Positions 51,829 to 62,074 are shown, counted from the first letter of the stretch. The stretch: 64,000 nucleotides of DNA from a bacterium (GCA_029976805.1 JAPOLY010000001.1:49309-113308); one strand, 5' to 3'. Numbers and translations: made by a program. Notes: generated by a model from the sequence alone, not told the origin.

Positions 51829-52326
51829 TTGGCCAAGCGCAAGAACAAGGTCGTGAAGCAAAAGTTCCGTTCAACGCAGCGGTTCCAAAAACCCGACCCG
51901 AGGTACAACAGCATGGTGGTTACAAAGTTCATCAACCGTCTCATGTGGGATGGCAAGAAAGCCATCGCCCGCGGCATTTTCTACGATGCCATGGACCTGC
52001 TCGGGAAAAAGGTCAGCGACGCAGAGCCGCTGGACATCTTCCTGACTGCGGTACAAAACGTCATGCCACAGGTAGAGGTTCGTTCCCGCCGAGTGGGTGG
52101 TGCCACTTATCAGGTTCCGGTGGAAGTCACTCGCCGTCGCGCACAGGCTTTGGCCCTGCGCACCATCGTCGAGACCTGCCGTGGACGCAGTGGAAAGCCA
52201 ATGGCCGAGCGTCTCGCCGACGAGTTCGCCCAGGCATTCCGCAAAGAGGGTGCTTCCGTGACGTGGCGTGAAAACACCCACAAAATGGCTGAAGCGAACA
52301 AGCTTTTCGCCCACTACGCCTGGTAA
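51829..52326 (+). CDS. rpsG: 30S ribosomal protein S7 (TTG start)
   Basis: MWDGKK, EVRSRRVGGATYQVP, HKMAEAN. Confidence 0.97.
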   Translation: MAKRKNKVVKQKFRSTQRFQKPDPRYNSMVVTKFINRLMWDGKKAIARGIFYDAMDLLGKKVSDAEPLDIFLTAVQNVMPQVEVRSRRVGGATYQVPVEVTRRRAQALALRTIVETCRGRSGKPMAERLADEFAQAFRKEGASVTWRENTHKMAEANKLFAHYAW

Positions 52327-52367
52327 ACGATTTTCGTCGTCGACCCGGCTCATTCGTTTTGTTGATC

Positions 52368-52400
52368 AAACCCCCGCACCTCCCGGTGCGGGGGTTTTTT
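52368..52400 (+). terminator. Intrinsic terminator between rpsG and fusA
   Basis: AAACCCCCGCACC-TCCC-GGTGCGGGGGTTT followed by further Ts. Confidence 0.85.
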
Positions 52401-52554
52401 GTTCGACCGATACACATCTTCTTTCCGAGCCTCTGTCGTCGCATCCCTTGAGTAGGGGCCTGTCTTGAATGAGAATCCGCATCGGAAGAGAAGAATTGCG
52501 GCTTCTCACTCATTGCCGCAGCCTCACTGACCAGCCAGCCAAATCGGAGCGAAA

Positions 52555-54630
52555 GTGTCGAGCCAGTCATCTGCCAGTCATCCCACACGCAACATTGGAA
52601 TCATTGCGCATATCGATGCGGGGAAGACGACCGTCTCTGAACGGTTCCTTTTTTACTCGGGCAAGGAATATCGCATGGGTGAGGTTCATGAGGGCAGTGC
52701 CCACATGGATTGGTTGGTGGAAGAGCAGGAGCGCGGGATCACCATCACCAGTGCCGCGACCAGTTTTCGCTGGTCCGATGCGGTACTCAATCTGATCGAC
52801 ACCCCTGGCCATGTTGATTTCACCGCAGAGGTCGAGCGCGCCCTTCGGGTTCTCGATGGAGCGGTGGGGGTTTTTTGTGGTGTTGCCGGTGTGCAGGCAC
52901 AGTCAGAAACCGTATGGCGGCAGGCTGATCGCTACAACGTTCCCCGTATCGCTTTCATCAACAAGCTTGATCGAGTGGGGGCAGATTACTTTCGAGTCCT
53001 GGAAAATGTCAGTGATTCATTTTCTGTCGATACTCTTCCACTGAATATTCCTGTGGGAACAGAGTCTGATTTCAGAGCCGTCATCGATCTGGTGACGATG
53101 AAGCAGTACTCCTTTGACAGTGAGAGCCTTGGAGCCAAAGTTGTGGAGTCCGCTATCGATGCGGATCAGGAGGAGCTGGCTGAATTGTGGAGGGGGGAAC
53201 TTCTCGACAAGGTCGCCGATCACGACGATGCCGTCATGGAACTGCACATGGAGGGTGAAGACGTTCCGGAGGATGTCCTCAGGGCTGCCATTCGCAAGGG
53301 GACTCTGGGAAGGGTGTGGGTTCCGGTTCTCGGTGGAAGTGCACTTTCCAACAAGGGGATTCAGCCGTTGCTGGATGCCGTGGTGCATTATCTCCCGGAT
53401 CCCCTGGACGTTCCCACGGTCGAGGGGCAGGACCCCAAGTCCGGCGATCCGATTCAGGTCCCATGTACGGGGGAAGACCCCTTCAGCGCACTCATCTTCA
53501 AAGTTCAGATCGACACCCATGGAGAGTTGCTCTACATGCGGGTCTATTCGGGAGCACTGGAAAAAGGCAAAACTGCCATGAACCCGCGCACGGGCAAGCG
53601 CGAACGCATCAATTCGATTCATCGCATGCATGCCAACAGCCGGGAAAACCTCGAAAAAGCGGTGGCGGGGGACATCGTCGCCGTCACTGGCCCACGTTTC
53701 AGTGGAACCGGTGACACCCTTTGCGAGGCCAAGAAACAGGTCATGCTGGAGGAGCCGGTATTCCCGGAAACGGTGATCTCGATGGCCATCGAACCCCGTT
53801 CCGGTCAGGACCGGGATCGATTACAGGAGATTCTCGGCAGGATTGAACGGGAAGACCCGACCTTCCGGACCGAGATCAATGAGGAGACTGGTCAGTTCGT
53901 CATGTCAGGAATGGGAGAGCTCCATCTCGAGGTGATTCGCAATCGTCTCGAGCGGGATTTCAAGGTCAATGCGAATATTGGCCAGCCTCGGGTGGCTTAT
54001 CGACAAATGGTGTCGAAAGAAGCGACTTCGAGGGTCAAGGTCGAACGCCAATTGGGTGGAAAAGACCAATTTGGTGAGGTTTCCCTGACTTTGGTCCCAC
54101 TACAGCCAGGAATAGACGAAGAAGAGTCGGTTCCAGTGGTTTGGGATGGGGGAGTTCCCCCCATTGCCCCGGAATGGGTTCAGGCGGTCCAGGGGACGGT
54201 GGAATCCTGCCTGAGCGGAGGAGGAAGCCTTGGATTTCCATTTATTCAGGTCCAGGCAAGGATCCAGCTTCCACCGATCACTCCGGAAACCACCGAGGCC
54301 GGTTTGGCAGTCGCAGCCCGCGAGGCCTTTGATGAAGCCCATGAAAAGGCGGGAGACGTCCTTCTGGAGCCGTTGATGCAGTTTCAGGTCAGCACTCCGG
54401 AAGAGTATTTCGGTTCGATTCACCAGGATCTGGTGCGTCGCAGGGCTCAGATCGAGGATGTCGATCTGGTGCTCGATATCCGCAAAATCACCGGGAAAGT
54501 GCCTCTAGCGGAGGTATTCGGCTATACGACCGGTTTGAGATCCCTTTCACAAGGCCGTGCGGGCTTCTCGATGGAGCCGGTCGGCTTCGATTCGGCCCCT
54601 CCGGAGGTCGCGGAGAGATTCCGCTTCTGA
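52555..54630 (+). CDS. fusA: Elongation factor G, divergent (EF-G2 / recycling-type candidate)
   Basis: AHIDAGKTT, RGITI, DTPGHVDF, NKLD and GMGELHL intact; domain IV degenerate. Confidence 0.93.
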   Translation: MSSQSSASHPTRNIGIIAHIDAGKTTVSERFLFYSGKEYRMGEVHEGSAHMDWLVEEQERGITITSAATSFRWSDAVLNLIDTPGHVDFTAEVERALRVLDGAVGVFCGVAGVQAQSETVWRQADRYNVPRIAFINKLDRVGADYFRVLENVSDSFSVDTLPLNIPVGTESDFRAVIDLVTMKQYSFDSESLGAKVVESAIDADQEELAELWRGELLDKVADHDDAVMELHMEGEDVPEDVLRAAIRKGTLGRVWVPVLGGSALSNKGIQPLLDAVVHYLPDPLDVPTVEGQDPKSGDPIQVPCTGEDPFSALIFKVQIDTHGELLYMRVYSGALEKGKTAMNPRTGKRERINSIHRMHANSRENLEKAVAGDIVAVTGPRFSGTGDTLCEAKKQVMLEEPVFPETVISMAIEPRSGQDRDRLQEILGRIEREDPTFRTEINEETGQFVMSGMGELHLEVIRNRLERDFKVNANIGQPRVAYRQMVSKEATSRVKVERQLGGKDQFGEVSLTLVPLQPGIDEEESVPVVWDGGVPPIAPEWVQAVQGTVESCLSGGGSLGFPFIQVQARIQLPPITPETTEAGLAVAAREAFDEAHEKAGDVLLEPLMQFQVSTPEEYFGSIHQDLVRRRAQIEDVDLVLDIRKITGKVPLAEVFGYTTGLRSLSQGRAGFSMEPVGFDSAPPEVAERFRF

Positions 54631-54743
54631 GGCGGCGACCGCGTACGGTTATCGGAGCACCTGCCGCCGGAACCCGCCCACCCGCGGTCTTGCCGTTTCT
54701 TGAGATTCTCTGGGGCAAAATTCTGCAAATTGCTCCGTCTTCG

Positions 54744-54771
54744 TTGACAGGGAATCTGAGGTTCTTAGAAT
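54744..54771 (+). promoter_or_regulatory. Strong sigma70-like promoter for the S10 operon
   Basis: TTGACA-16 nt-TAGAAT. Confidence 0.7.
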
Positions 54772-54777
54772 CGTCGT

Positions 54778-55370
54778 TTCCCGTGTATGCAAACCGTGCT
54801 CCCGGGGCGATTTCCGTTCTTCTTCAGGTGGGTGTTTCCTGCCTTGGAAAAACGACCCGCACCCTTCGGTTTGCGATGCTTTAAGGCAGTGTTTGCCTTC
54901 AGGTTTTCACGGGCATGCGTGTAAGGATTGCGTGCCAGGAAACGGACTCCGAATCGGGGTTTTGTTTCAACGAGACTGGACCGGTTGCTGTCGTCTTGAA
55001 CGTCGGCGGTGATTGAGGTCCGCAGCTCTTTGGCAGATCGGGATCGGTGCGTGCTTGGCACGACCCAATGATCCAGCGACCCGGGCAACCTGAGTCTTTG
55101 ATTCAGGGTGCCTGTGACCCTCCGGGAAGTACGCCCCCCGGAGGAGTCAGCGGTCGTGGTGATCATGGGTTGGACCCGCATGTGTGAACGGCCGGATGAT
55201 TCTCTTCGGAGTTTTCTCCCGGGTTCACAATCGGGTTTGCAGTGTGCAAGTCGCATCGCTCGTTCGAGGTGTTGCCACCTCCAGCATGACTGTCGGGCAT
55301 GAACTGTAGTTTTGATGTTTTGCCATTTGAAATGGTGCTGGAACTTGCTGGGGATGGAGAACAGACACCC
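54778..55370 (+). ncRNA. Candidate long structured 5' leader / ncRNA upstream of rpsJ
   Basis: More than 10 helices found by eye, many G-U pairs, a CUUCGG tetraloop, no credible ORF. Confidence 0.55.
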
Positions 55371-55679
55371 ATGCCGAAAGACAAGATACGAATCCGAATG
55401 GAAGCCTACGACCACCAGGTTCTGGATGGTGCATCCGCTTCCATCGTGGACGCTGCCAAGAAGAGCGGCGCCCGCGTACACGGACCGATCCCACTTCCTA
55501 CTCGAATCGAACGTTACACGGTTCTTCGTTCTCCGCACGTGAACAAGAAGTCCCGTGAGCAGTTCGAAATGCGCACCCACAAGCGCGTCATCGAGATCAG
55601 CGAGGCGAGCCCGAAAACAATGGATGCGTTGACGAAGATCAGCATGCCTGCGGGTGTGAACATCAGGATCAAGATCTAG
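55371..55679 (+). CDS. rpsJ: 30S ribosomal protein S10
   Basis: [31 protein letters not shown]; GGAG RBS before ATG 55371. Confidence 0.98.
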   Translation: MPKDKIRIRMEAYDHQVLDGASASIVDAAKKSGARVHGPIPLPTRIERYTVLRSPHVNKKSREQFEMRTHKRVIEISEASPKTMDALTKISMPAGVNIRIKI

Positions 55680-55687
55680 GAGGTCCC

Positions 55688-56320
55688 GTGGCTCGGAGAA
55701 TCAGAAAGACGATCCTCGGGAAGAAGCTGGGAATGTCCCAAATGTTCGATGATTCGGGCAATTGGGTCCCGGTCACCCTCATCGAGGCTGGCCCCTGCAC
55801 CGTATTGCAGGTGAAAAACAATGACAACGATGGCTACGAGGCGGTCCAGATCGGATTCGATCCGACTCACAAGGATCCCGGCAAGCCGATGGGCGGTCAC
55901 TTCGACAAGGTCGGAGTTCAGGCCCAAAGATACGTCCAGGAGATTCCGCCCATCGAGGGGCAGGATGTCGAACCGGGACAGGCCATCGATCTCTCCATTT
56001 TTGAGGGTGTCGAGATGGTCGACGTTCAGGGAACGAGCAAGGGAAAAGGCTTCGCCGGAACGGTCAAGCGCTGGAACCACAGCATCGGTCCCAAGAGTCA
56101 CGGCTCGAAGAGCAAGCGTCAAATCGGATCGACCGGAATGATGCAGGACCCGGGACGTGTGATCAAAGGCAAGAAGATGCCGGGTCAAATGGGTAGTGCG
56201 AAGGTGAAAGTCAGGAACCTGAAGGTGATCGAGGCCAACCCCGAGAAGAACCTGTTGGTTGTTCGCGGTGCGGTGCCCGGTGCCAATGGGACCTACCTGA
56301 CAGTTGAGGAAAGTCTGTAA
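55688..56320 (+). CDS. rplC: 50S ribosomal protein L3
   Basis: LGKKLGM, DGYEAVQ, SKGKGFAG, GKKMPGQMG. Confidence 0.98.
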   Translation: MARRIRKTILGKKLGMSQMFDDSGNWVPVTLIEAGPCTVLQVKNNDNDGYEAVQIGFDPTHKDPGKPMGGHFDKVGVQAQRYVQEIPPIEGQDVEPGQAIDLSIFEGVEMVDVQGTSKGKGFAGTVKRWNHSIGPKSHGSKSKRQIGSTGMMQDPGRVIKGKKMPGQMGSAKVKVRNLKVIEANPEKNLLVVRGAVPGANGTYLTVEESL

Positions 56321-56363
56321 AGATCAGCAAGCCAGCGTGACTCCCTTCAGGGGATAACGGGGC

Positions 56364-57092
56364 GTGGACGGAATGGAACGAGCCGTGAGTACCGGACTCG
56401 AAAACAACAAGGAGCCGCAAGTGCTGGAGGCCGTAGAGGTCCCGCATCACGGAGCCGATGGAAATCATCAGGGCAGCAAGACCTTTACGCCCGGAGTTGT
56501 TTCCAACTACCCGAACATCCCTCTGATGAAAGAGGCTGTTCGCAGATACCAGGGACGCATGCGTCGGGGAACCGCCAGCACCAAGTCCCGTGGTGAAATT
56601 AATGGCTCACCGAGAAAGCCGTGGCGCCAGAAGGGTACGGGTCGTGCCCGTTCCGGAAGCAAGAAGTCGCCAATCTGGCGAGGGGGCGGAGTCGTTTTCG
56701 GCCCGCGTCCGCGCAGTTACGACTACGGCCTTTCCCGCAAGCAGCGTCGCCTGGCCACTCGCCACGCCCTGCTTTCCAAGATGATCGACGGCGAAGCCCT
56801 CATCATCGACAGCTTGCCGGTGGACAAGCCTTCCACCGCTGAATTCCGCAAGAGATTTGAGGCAGCCGGCCTCAACCGTTCCTACCTCGTCTGTCTGCCG
56901 ACGGCGATGTCGGTCGAGGATCGCCGCAATGTGTGGCTTTCCTGCCGCAACCTGGAATCGGTGGAAGTGATGCCGGTGTCCGACCTGAATGCGCTTTCCC
57001 TGCTGCGCTGCAACAACCTGGTGATGACCGCCGATGCTTTCGACGAGATTCAGGGGATTGAAGCTCAGCACGTTGCCGGAGAGGGGAACTGA
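56364..57092 (+). CDS. rplD: 50S ribosomal protein L4 (start uncertain)
   Basis: GTASTKSR, KPWRQKGTGRARSG, GGGVVFGP. Confidence 0.96.
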   Translation: MDGMERAVSTGLENNKEPQVLEAVEVPHHGADGNHQGSKTFTPGVVSNYPNIPLMKEAVRRYQGRMRRGTASTKSRGEINGSPRKPWRQKGTGRARSGSKKSPIWRGGGVVFGPRPRSYDYGLSRKQRRLATRHALLSKMIDGEALIIDSLPVDKPSTAEFRKRFEAAGLNRSYLVCLPTAMSVEDRRNVWLSCRNLESVEVMPVSDLNALSLLRCNNLVMTADAFDEIQGIEAQHVAGEGN

Positions 57093-57373
57093 TGAAGGAT
57101 CCGCATACCATCATCCGCAAGCCGGTGATCACTGAAAAGAGTACTTTTCAGGTTGAAGAGAACAACAGCTACATCTTCAAGGTGGCGCCCGATTCCAACA
57201 GGATCGAAATCAAGGCCGCCATCGAGCAGATTTTTGATGTCAAGGTGAAGAAGGTGAACACCCTCAACCAGAACGGCAAGCGCCGTCGGGTCGGACGTTC
57301 CATCGGCTTCTCCAGTGGATACAAGAAGGCGATGGTGACCCTCGAACCGGGGTTTGAAATCGACCTGATCTGA
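57092..57373 (+). CDS. rplW: 50S ribosomal protein L23
   Basis: PVITEKS, EIK.AIE, KKAMVTL. Confidence 0.97.
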   Translation: MKDPHTIIRKPVITEKSTFQVEENNSYIFKVAPDSNRIEIKAAIEQIFDVKVKKVNTLNQNGKRRRVGRSIGFSSGYKKAMVTLEPGFEIDLI

Positions 57374-57488
57374 TCGACCTTCCCGGGTGGACCGGGAGGC
57401 AAATTAGGGTGGGACTCCTGATACCCATGGGAGTCTGGCCGAGAAACTCGAGAGTCTGGCCACGGGGCTGGACAGTGAAAGGGACGAC

Positions 57489-58319
57489 ATGGGCGTCCGT
57501 AAATACAAGCCGACGTCTCCAGGGCGCAGGAACGCTTCCGTCTCCGATTTTGCGGAGATCACAGCAACCCGTCCGGAGAAATCCCTATGCGAACCACTGC
57601 ACAAAACCGGTGGCCGCAACAATCAGGGACACATCACGACGCGGCACCGCGGCGGAGGCCACAAGAGGCTTTACCGTCGAATCGATTTCCTGCGAAACAA
57701 GGATGGTGTTCCGGCTCGCGTAGCGACCATCGAATACGATCCGAACCGCAGTGCCAGAATCGCCCTGTTGCACTACAGGGATGGTGAGAAGCGTTACATC
57801 CTTGCCCCGCGCAACCTGCAGGTGGGAACCATGCTGATGTCCGGTCCGGGATCTGATCCCAAGCCCGGCAATGCCATGTCCCTGGCGGATATCCCCGTCG
57901 GTCTGGCCGTGCACAACATCGAGCTGGTCCCCGGTCGTGGAGCCAAGATGGTTCGATCCGCCGGTGGCAGCGCACAGTTGCTCGCCCGTGAAGGCAAGAT
58001 CGCAACGTTGGCCCTTCCTTCCGGTGAAATCCGTCAGGTCAACTCCCAGTGCCGTGCCACGATTGGCACCGTCGGCAATGAGGATCACAGCCTGATCAAG
58101 TTGGGCAAGGCGGGCCGCAAGCGCTGGCTCGGTCGTCGCCCCAAAGTTCGTGGTACGGCCAAGAACCCCGTCGCCCACCCCATGGGTGGTGGTGAGGGAA
58201 GAACAGCGGGTGGACGTCACCCATGTTCAGCCACTGGACGTCTCTCCAAGGGTGGAAAGACGCGCCGCAGGGGCAAGGCCAGCAACAAGAGCATCGTGCG
58301 TCATCGGAAGAAGAAATAA
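57489..58319 (+). CDS. rplB: 50S ribosomal protein L2
   Basis: [28 protein letters not shown]. Confidence 0.99.
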   Translation: MGVRKYKPTSPGRRNASVSDFAEITATRPEKSLCEPLHKTGGRNNQGHITTRHRGGGHKRLYRRIDFLRNKDGVPARVATIEYDPNRSARIALLHYRDGEKRYILAPRNLQVGTMLMSGPGSDPKPGNAMSLADIPVGLAVHNIELVPGRGAKMVRSAGGSAQLLAREGKIATLALPSGEIRQVNSQCRATIGTVGNEDHSLIKLGKAGRKRWLGRRPKVRGTAKNPVAHPMGGGEGRTAGGRHPCSATGRLSKGGKTRRRGKASNKSIVRHRKKK

Positions 58320-58321
58320 CG

Positions 58322-58579
58322 ATGGGTAGATCACTGAAAAAAGGACCCTACGTCGACCTCAAGTTGATGAAGAAGGTTCAGAAAAATATTGAGTCGGGAT
58401 CCACCGAGCCGATCAAGACGTGGGCACGCGCCTGCACGATCAGTCCGGAGTTCATCGGTCAGACCTTCCTTGTCCACAACGGCAAGGAGTTCAAGCCGGT
58501 GCAGGTCACCGAAAACATGGTTGGGCACAAACTCGGAGAGTTCAGTCTGACCCGCAAACTGGGTAGTCACGGCAAGTAA
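58322..58579 (+). CDS. rpsS: 30S ribosomal protein S19
   Basis: [22 protein letters not shown]. Confidence 0.98.
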   Translation: MGRSLKKGPYVDLKLMKKVQKNIESGSTEPIKTWARACTISPEFIGQTFLVHNGKEFKPVQVTENMVGHKLGEFSLTRKLGSHGK

Positions 58580-58633
58580 AACAATGAAGCGGGTCTGCCC
58601 TGTTGGGCAACATGACCCGAAGGTGAGGAACCG

Positions 58634-58981
58634 ATGGTAATGGAATACAGGGCGAGTCACAGATACGCCCGGATCACGGCGCGCAAGGCTCGCTACGTGA
58701 TCGACCAGGTTCGCAGCATGCCAGTGGAAAGTGCATTGGACATGTTGAAGTTCAGCAATCGCCGGGCAGCACCGATGATCGCCAAGGTCATCAAGTCCGC
58801 ATTGGCGAATGCCGTGCAAGAGGGTGGAGCCACCCCTGAAAATCTGGTGGTGACGCAAGCCACCGTCAATGAGGGGCCGACGATGAAACGTTGGCGTCCA
58901 CGCGCTCGCGGAATGGCCTATCCCATTCTCAAGCGCACCTCACATATCAACATCAGCCTCGGTGAAAAGAAGGGGCAGTAA
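58634..58981 (+). CDS. rplV: 50S ribosomal protein L22
   Basis: RKAR, SALANA, GPTMKRWRPRARG, KRTSHI. Confidence 0.97.
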   Translation: MVMEYRASHRYARITARKARYVIDQVRSMPVESALDMLKFSNRRAAPMIAKVIKSALANAVQEGGATPENLVVTQATVNEGPTMKRWRPRARGMAYPILKRTSHINISLGEKKGQ

Positions 58982-58983
58982 CA

Positions 58984-59676
58984 ATGGGTCATAAAGTCAG
59001 ACCAACGAGTCTTCGACTGGGAATCACCCGCAACTGGTCTTCCAGATGGTATGCCTCCAAAAAGGAGTTCAGCGACCAGCTGGTTCAGGATCAGCAGATC
59101 CGCAGCTTCGTCAAGCACGAGTTCTACTCGGCTGGAGTTCCTGAGATCGAGATCGAGCGCAGTGGTAACAAGTTGACCGTCCATCTTCACGCAGCCCGAC
59201 CCGGAGTGGTGATCGGAAAGCGCGGAGTCAAGGTTGAGCAGCTCAAGGAAGATCTGGCACGCATCGTCGGATCTGAAACTGACGTCGATCTGCAGATTCT
59301 CGAAGTACAAAACCCGGACACCAATGCCCAACTGGTCGCTGAAAGTATCGCTGATCAGTTGCGCAGAAGAATGCCTTTCCGTCGCATCATGAAGCAGACC
59401 ATCCGCACGACCATGGAGTCCGGTGCCAAGGGTGTGAAGATCATGATCTCCGGCCGACTGGGTGGAGCGGAAATCGCACGGACTGAGCAAACCTCCGAAG
59501 GCAGCATTCCCCTTTCAACGATGCGGGCGGATGTGGACTACGGATTCGCGGAGGCGAAGACGACCTACGGCATCATCGGCGTGAAGACCTGGATCTATCG
59601 CGGCGAGGTGATGCAGGGCAAGAATCGGAAAGGCGGCGGGCGCCATGGCAATGATGCCCAAGCGCGTCAAGCGTAG
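58984..59676 (+). CDS. rpsC: 30S ribosomal protein S3
   Basis: MGHKV, ARPGVVIG, SGRLGGAEIAR, TTYGIIGVK. Confidence 0.98.
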   Translation: MGHKVRPTSLRLGITRNWSSRWYASKKEFSDQLVQDQQIRSFVKHEFYSAGVPEIEIERSGNKLTVHLHAARPGVVIGKRGVKVEQLKEDLARIVGSETDVDLQILEVQNPDTNAQLVAESIADQLRRRMPFRRIMKQTIRTTMESGAKGVKIMISGRLGGAEIARTEQTSEGSIPLSTMRADVDYGFAEAKTTYGIIGVKTWIYRGEVMQGKNRKGGGRHGNDAQARQA

Positions 59677-60064
59677 AAAAGTTCACCGTGGACGAGTCAA
59701 GGGCAATGCGACCCGTGGCAACTTCGTTCACATCGGTGAATTCGGAATCGTGGCCACCGAGGCCGGCTGGGTCACCGCCAGGCAGATTGAGGCGGGCCGT
59801 ATCGCCTGTAACCGTGCATTGGCTGGTTCGGGAAAGGTCCACATTCGAATCTTCCCCGATAAGCCAGTGACTTCGACCCCCGCCGAAACCCGAATGGGTA
59901 AGGGTAAGGGTGAGCCGGAGTTCTGGGCCGCAGTCGTTCGTCCCGGTCAGGTTCTTTACGAAGTTCAGGGGGCTCCCGAAGCCACCGCAAGACTGGCTTT
60001 CAACCGCGTGGCTCACAAGCTCGCCATCGGTACCCGCATGGTTCACAGGAGGCCGACGGTATGA
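59645..60064 (+). CDS. rplP: 50S ribosomal protein L16
   Basis: [25 protein letters not shown]. Confidence 0.98.
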   Translation: MAMMPKRVKRRKVHRGRVKGNATRGNFVHIGEFGIVATEAGWVTARQIEAGRIACNRALAGSGKVHIRIFPDKPVTSTPAETRMGKGKGEPEFWAAVVRPGQVLYEVQGAPEATARLAFNRVAHKLAIGTRMVHRRPTV

Positions 60065-60279
60065 ATGTCAAAGAAGTTCGCCAACTGCCTGACGAGGACC
60101 TGGTCCTCGAAATCAAGAAGCGTCACGAAAGCCTTTTTCAGATCCGGCTCAAGGCCGCCAATGAAGAAGTTCAGCGTGCTGGAGAGATCCGTGAAATGCG
60201 TCGCGACATTGCCCGCATGAAAACGGTTCTTCGTGAGAGAGCACTCGAAAAGACACGCTCTGCTGAGCAGGAGTCATAA
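60061..60279 (+). CDS. rpmC: 50S ribosomal protein L29
   Basis: LF..R, RRDIARMKT, position in the operon. Confidence 0.93.
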   Translation: MNVKEVRQLPDEDLVLEIKKRHESLFQIRLKAANEEVQRAGEIREMRRDIARMKTVLRERALEKTRSAEQES

Positions 60280-60617
60280 TGAGTAACGAGAACACTGAAA
60301 ACACTGCGACCGAAAAGACAATCCGGACCATCACCGGACTCGTCGTGAGCAGTTCGATGGACAAGACCCTTGTCATCAAGGTCGAGCGTCTGGTCCAGCA
60401 CAAGAAGTATCGCAAGTTCATTCGCAAGCACACCAAGTACTATGCGCATGACGAAGCCAACGAAGCTGCGGAAGGGGATCTGGTCGAGATCGAACAGAGA
60501 CGCCCTCTCTCCAAGCTCAAGCGCTGGGAGCTCAAGCGGATTGTTCGCATGGCCCCCCGCGATGGTGCGATTTCTCCTCAGGATACCGCCCGTGAGATCG
60601 AGGAGGATCAGTCATGA
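60279..60617 (+). CDS. rpsQ: 30S ribosomal protein S17
   Basis: G.VVS..MDKT, AHDE.N, RPLSK.KRW. Confidence 0.97.
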   Translation: MSNENTENTATEKTIRTITGLVVSSSMDKTLVIKVERLVQHKKYRKFIRKHTKYYAHDEANEAAEGDLVEIEQRRPLSKLKRWELKRIVRMAPRDGAISPQDTAREIEEDQS

Positions 60618-60982
60618 TCCAGATGCAGACCCAACTCGATGTCGCCGACAACAGTGGTGCCAAGAAGGTGATGTGCATCAAGGTTCTCGGTGGAAGCAAG
60701 CGCAAGTCCGCTGGAGTAGGCGACATTATTGTCTGCTCGGTGAAAAAGGCATTGCCTTCCAGTGAGATCAAACCGGGATCGGTGATTCGCGGAGTCATCG
60801 TCAGAACCAAGAAGACGATTCGTCGTCGCGACGGTTCCTACGTGAAGTTTGACCGCAATGCATTGGTTGTGGTCGACAAGGACGGAAACCCCAAGGGCAC
60901 CCGTATCTTCGGAGCGGTTGCCAGGGAACTTCGTCAGAAGAACTACATGAAAATTATCAGCCTTGCACCTGAAGTGGTCTGA
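60614..60982 (+). CDS. rplN: 50S ribosomal protein L14
   Basis: [26 protein letters not shown]. Confidence 0.99.
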   Translation: MIQMQTQLDVADNSGAKKVMCIKVLGGSKRKSAGVGDIIVCSVKKALPSSEIKPGSVIRGVIVRTKKTIRRRDGSYVKFDRNALVVVDKDGNPKGTRIFGAVARELRQKNYMKIISLAPEVV

Positions 60983-61002
60983 GGCGAGAGAGAGGCAAGA
61001 AG

Positions 61003-61314
61003 ATGGCGCGGCTTAAAAGCGGAGACACCGTCGAGGTGATCAGCGGTGCCGAAAAAGGCAAGCGCGGCAAGGTGCTCAACGTGGATTTGGGCTCAGGACG
61101 GGTGACCGTTCAGGGCGTGAACATGGTCTACAAGCATCTGCGCAAGAGCCAAAAGCATCCTCAGGGTGGTCGGATCCAGCTGGAATCCGGAGTTGATATC
61201 AGCAATGTCATGCTGATTGACCCGAAGGATGGCAAACCCACGAGGGTTCGCATGGAGATCGACGGCAATGGCAAGAAGGTGCGGGTTTCATCCCGCAGCG
61301 GAGAACCGGTCTGA
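61003..61314 (+). CDS. rplX: 50S ribosomal protein L24
   Basis: GDTVEVISG..KGKRG, GVN, SNV. Confidence 0.97.
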   Translation: MARLKSGDTVEVISGAEKGKRGKVLNVDLGSGRVTVQGVNMVYKHLRKSQKHPQGGRIQLESGVDISNVMLIDPKDGKPTRVRMEIDGNGKKVRVSSRSGEPV

Positions 61315-61335
61315 TCCGGAATCAGGAACAAGACA

Positions 61336-61878
61336 ATGGCAAGATTGAAAACACTCTACAACGACACGGTCGCCCCGAAGGTTCGGGAGCAGTTTGGAAT
61401 CACCAACGTGATGCAGACTCCCCGCCTTGAGAAGATCGTTGTCAATCGCGGTGTCGGTAAAGCGCTGGAAAACAAGAAGCGTCTGACCGAAGCGGTAGGA
61501 GAACTGGCAAAGATCACTGGCCAGCAGCCCGTAGCAACCCAAGCCAAGAAGTCGATTGCAAACTTCAAGCTTCGGGAAGGTAACGGAGTTGGTTGCAAGG
61601 TGACACTTCGCGGCGAGCGAATGTATGAATTCCTGGATCGCCTGATTGCGGTTGTGTTTCCCAGGGTTCGCGACTTCCGCGGAGTTTCCTCCACTGCATT
61701 TGATGGTCGTGGCAACTACTCGATGGGACTGACTGACCAGTTGGTATTCCCCGAGTTGAGAGCCGACGATGTGGAGTTCCTTCAGGGAATGAATATTTGC
61801 ATTACTTTCAGTAACTCAGACGACGAGAAGTCCCAGTTCCTCCTGTCGGAGTTCGGCTTCCCGTTTAAGAAAAAGTGA
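61336..61878 (+). CDS. rplE: 50S ribosomal protein L5
   Basis: [26 protein letters not shown]. Confidence 0.98.
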   Translation: MARLKTLYNDTVAPKVREQFGITNVMQTPRLEKIVVNRGVGKALENKKRLTEAVGELAKITGQQPVATQAKKSIANFKLREGNGVGCKVTLRGERMYEFLDRLIAVVFPRVRDFRGVSSTAFDGRGNYSMGLTDQLVFPELRADDVEFLQGMNICITFSNSDDEKSQFLLSEFGFPFKKK

Positions 61879-61888
61879 GGTAGAGGCT

Positions 61889-62074
61889 TTGGCAAGAAAA
61901 GCCCTCATCAACAAGCAGAGATTAGAGCCCAAGTTTTCAACTCGGGCATACAACCGGTGTCGCCTTTGTGGGCGGCCACGTGCTTTCTACCGCAAGTTCG
62001 GTATCTGCCGGATCTGTTTCCGTAACCTTGCCTCCAGAGGTGAGATTCCGGGCGTCCGCAAGGCCAGCTGGTAG
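61889..62074 (+). CDS. rpsN: 30S ribosomal protein S14, zinc-binding (type Z)
   Basis: RCRLCGR...CRICFR, GVRKASW; TTG start. Confidence 0.97.
   Translation: MARKALINKQRLEPKFSTRAYNRCRLCGRPRAFYRKFGICRICFRNLASRGEIPGVRKASW

Noticed and set aside
54765-55580. ORFs in the fusA-rpsJ gap, including a possible tuf remnant
   Set aside because: No EF-Tu similarity or protein-like composition; the region is better explained as structured RNA
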